This document shows positions 53,590 through 54,770 of a stretch of 54,770 nt of DNA, in pieces. The DNA is from a virus (lineage: Duplodnaviria; Caudoviricetes): IMG/VR virus record IMGVR_UViG_3300021411_000001, positions 1 through 54,770 of that record. The stretch is one strand, 5' to 3'. Under the pieces are notes generated by a model. The model did no database searches and had not been told where the DNA came from. It saw only the letters and a program-made list of their open reading frames with translations. Each line of letters begins with the position of its first letter. The stretch's first letter is position 1. Both the position numbers and the translations under genes were made by a program.

Positions 53590-54414
53590 TTAAGCTTCGG
53601 CTTCCTTGTCCTTGGGGTTGTACAGTTGGTAGAACCCACTCAGTGTGTTGTTGAACGCGTTAGCCTGCCCGATGTACCCGCTGGCATTCGCGTTGCCTGC
53701 TTGCGTGGCGTATTCGCCCTGCGCAGCCGCGGCACTCCGGTTGATGTCATTGACTGCGCTCATCGACCCCTGCATTGTGTTACCTGCGCCGACTGTGAAC
53801 TGCTGGGATGCCTGGTTCTGTCCAGTCGCTGCATTCTGTCCGAACTGCGCAAGGCTCATTAAGGGGTTTATCTTCCGCGCTTGGTTATCGTTGAAGATGC
53901 CATACGCCTGCTGATACTGCTGCTGGGCCCGACCGTACGCATTGCCGAACTCCTCAGACGTGTAGTCCTGGTTGAACTTCGACAGGGCCTGAGTAGTTGA
54001 GCTGCCCAGGTTGTCCCCACGTGCAGAGGCCTGGTTCATGATTGCTTTGTTGCCGGCTGCTAGCCGTCGCTCGAAGGCCGGATCCATCTGCACGGAGTTG
54101 GGGTCGAACTTCTGATCCCATGTAGGATTGAGTGTGCCTTCCTGGATACCTTTGCCGAGTGTATTGAGTGCAATTGTACCCTGCTCCTGGTAGGGCTGCA
54201 GGTTCTTCTGCTGCTGGGCATACTGTTCGCGCTGCAAGGCAAGCTGGTTGGCTGCGGACTCGCGCTGCTGGGCTGTAGCTTCACTCGCTGCCTTAGCCTG
54301 CAGGGCAGACGCATTGTTCGCTGCTTCGGCCTGCGTCTTGGCCGCCTTTCCCGAGGCCCTGGCCGAGATGATGCCTCCTACGATAGATCCTGCTGCGAGC
54401 GCTATTACTGGCAT
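53590..54414 (-). CDS. DNA-ejection protein (P22 gp7-like)
   Basis: Hydrophobic Gly/Ala N-terminus, AAKTQA, NLQPYQEQG, DPAFERRL, GNANASGYIGQANA. Confidence 0.75.
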   Translation of the reverse strand: MPVIALAAGSIVGGIISARASGKAAKTQAEAANNASALQAKAASEATAQQRESAANQLALQREQYAQQQKNLQPYQEQGTIALNTLGKGIQEGTLNPTWDQKFDPNSVQMDPAFERRLAAGNKAIMNQASARGDNLGSSTTQALSKFNQDYTSEEFGNAYGRAQQQYQQAYGIFNDNQARKINPLMSLAQFGQNAATGQNQASQQFTVGAGNTMQGSMSAVNDINRSAAAAQGEYATQAGNANASGYIGQANAFNNTLSGFYQLYNPKDKEAEA

Positions 54415-54770
54415 TTCGGTCCCGTCTCCTCTGGCCTCGATAGGCCTAATAGAATGCTATCCCACAGTACACCCTTTTTCATATAGCTTTTTGGATTTAA
54501 TCCGTATTGCACCATACCGCAGCGCTTGGCAAAGGCAAGAGCTACCCGGTTGTATGCTGGGACCAGGGTCACCAATCGGTGGAACTTTGTAGCGTCCCAC
54601 ACCCACTTCTCCATCAGCTTGCCTGCCTTCACTGCCTTCGAGCCATACGCGCGAGGCAGCAGGCAAGTGTGAACTTCCGCCATGGCCATATTCTGGGTTA
54701 CCAGCACGAACAACCCGAGCTCAGAGCCATCATCGTCATAGATCATCACATACCGCATCGCCGGTGTGTC
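54405..54770 (-). CDS. P22 gp14-like GNAT-fold protein, 3' part (starts at 244 across the circular join)
   Basis: EVHTCLLP, LVTLVPAYNRVALAFAKRCG, GLNPKSY.K.G. Confidence 0.75.
   Translation of the reverse strand, partial: DTPAMRYVMIYDDDGSELGLFVLVTQNMAMAEVHTCLLPRAYGSKAVKAGKLMEKWVWDATKFHRLVTLVPAYNRVALAFAKRCGMVQYGLNPKSYMKKGVLWDSILLGLSRPEETGPKCQ
54644..54770. repeat. Terminal direct repeat, second copy
   Basis: Identical to 1..127. Confidence 0.97.

Noticed and set aside
54644-54770. 127-bp terminal repeat as a biological direct terminal repeat
   Set aside because: It falls in the middle of a gene and its length equals a common assembler k-mer size, so it is best explained as circular-contig overlap
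1-54770. Alternative genetic code or temperate lifestyle
   Set aside because: TAA, TAG and TGA all terminate well-supported genes at high coding density; no integrase, repressor or partition genes recognised

Overview
The window is an apparently complete, circularly assembled genome (about 54,643 bp plus a 127-bp terminal overlap) of a tailed dsDNA phage with P22-like podovirus virion genes. I see no integrase or repressor, so it is probably lytic. The minus strand (about 18.8 kb down to 1, wrapping to 54.6-44.7 kb) carries one long late operon: TerS, tail fibre, TerL, portal, scaffold, P22-type coat, gp4/gp10/gp14-like tail proteins, interspersed lysis genes, three ejection proteins and a T5 A1-like metallo-nuclease. 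A prim-pol/helicase and a repeat-rich putative origin lie at 19.0-21.6 kb. The plus strand (21.7-44.6 kb) carries replication genes (Cas4-like exonuclease, SSB, PolA, SNF2 helicase, PD-(D/E)xK nuclease), a nucleotide-modification cluster and early genes behind duplicated promoters. The most striking observation is that the tail fibre, which has a P22-type head-binding domain, and the protein encoded right after the coat both carry Sec-type signal peptides, paired cysteines and a shared paralogous C-terminal domain. This suggests exported, disulfide-bonded virion parts added outside the cytoplasm. Other highlights: TerL is split into two genes around a holin; a thymidylate-synthase homolog has the dCMP-type Asp and sits beside a 5-hmdU-DNA-kinase-like gene; a tRNA mimic with an enlarged anticodon arm lies in a structured ncRNA cluster; and a chain of coupled Cys-rich micro-ORFs flanks the fibre gene. 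All family assignments come from motif recognition by eye; no database search was run.
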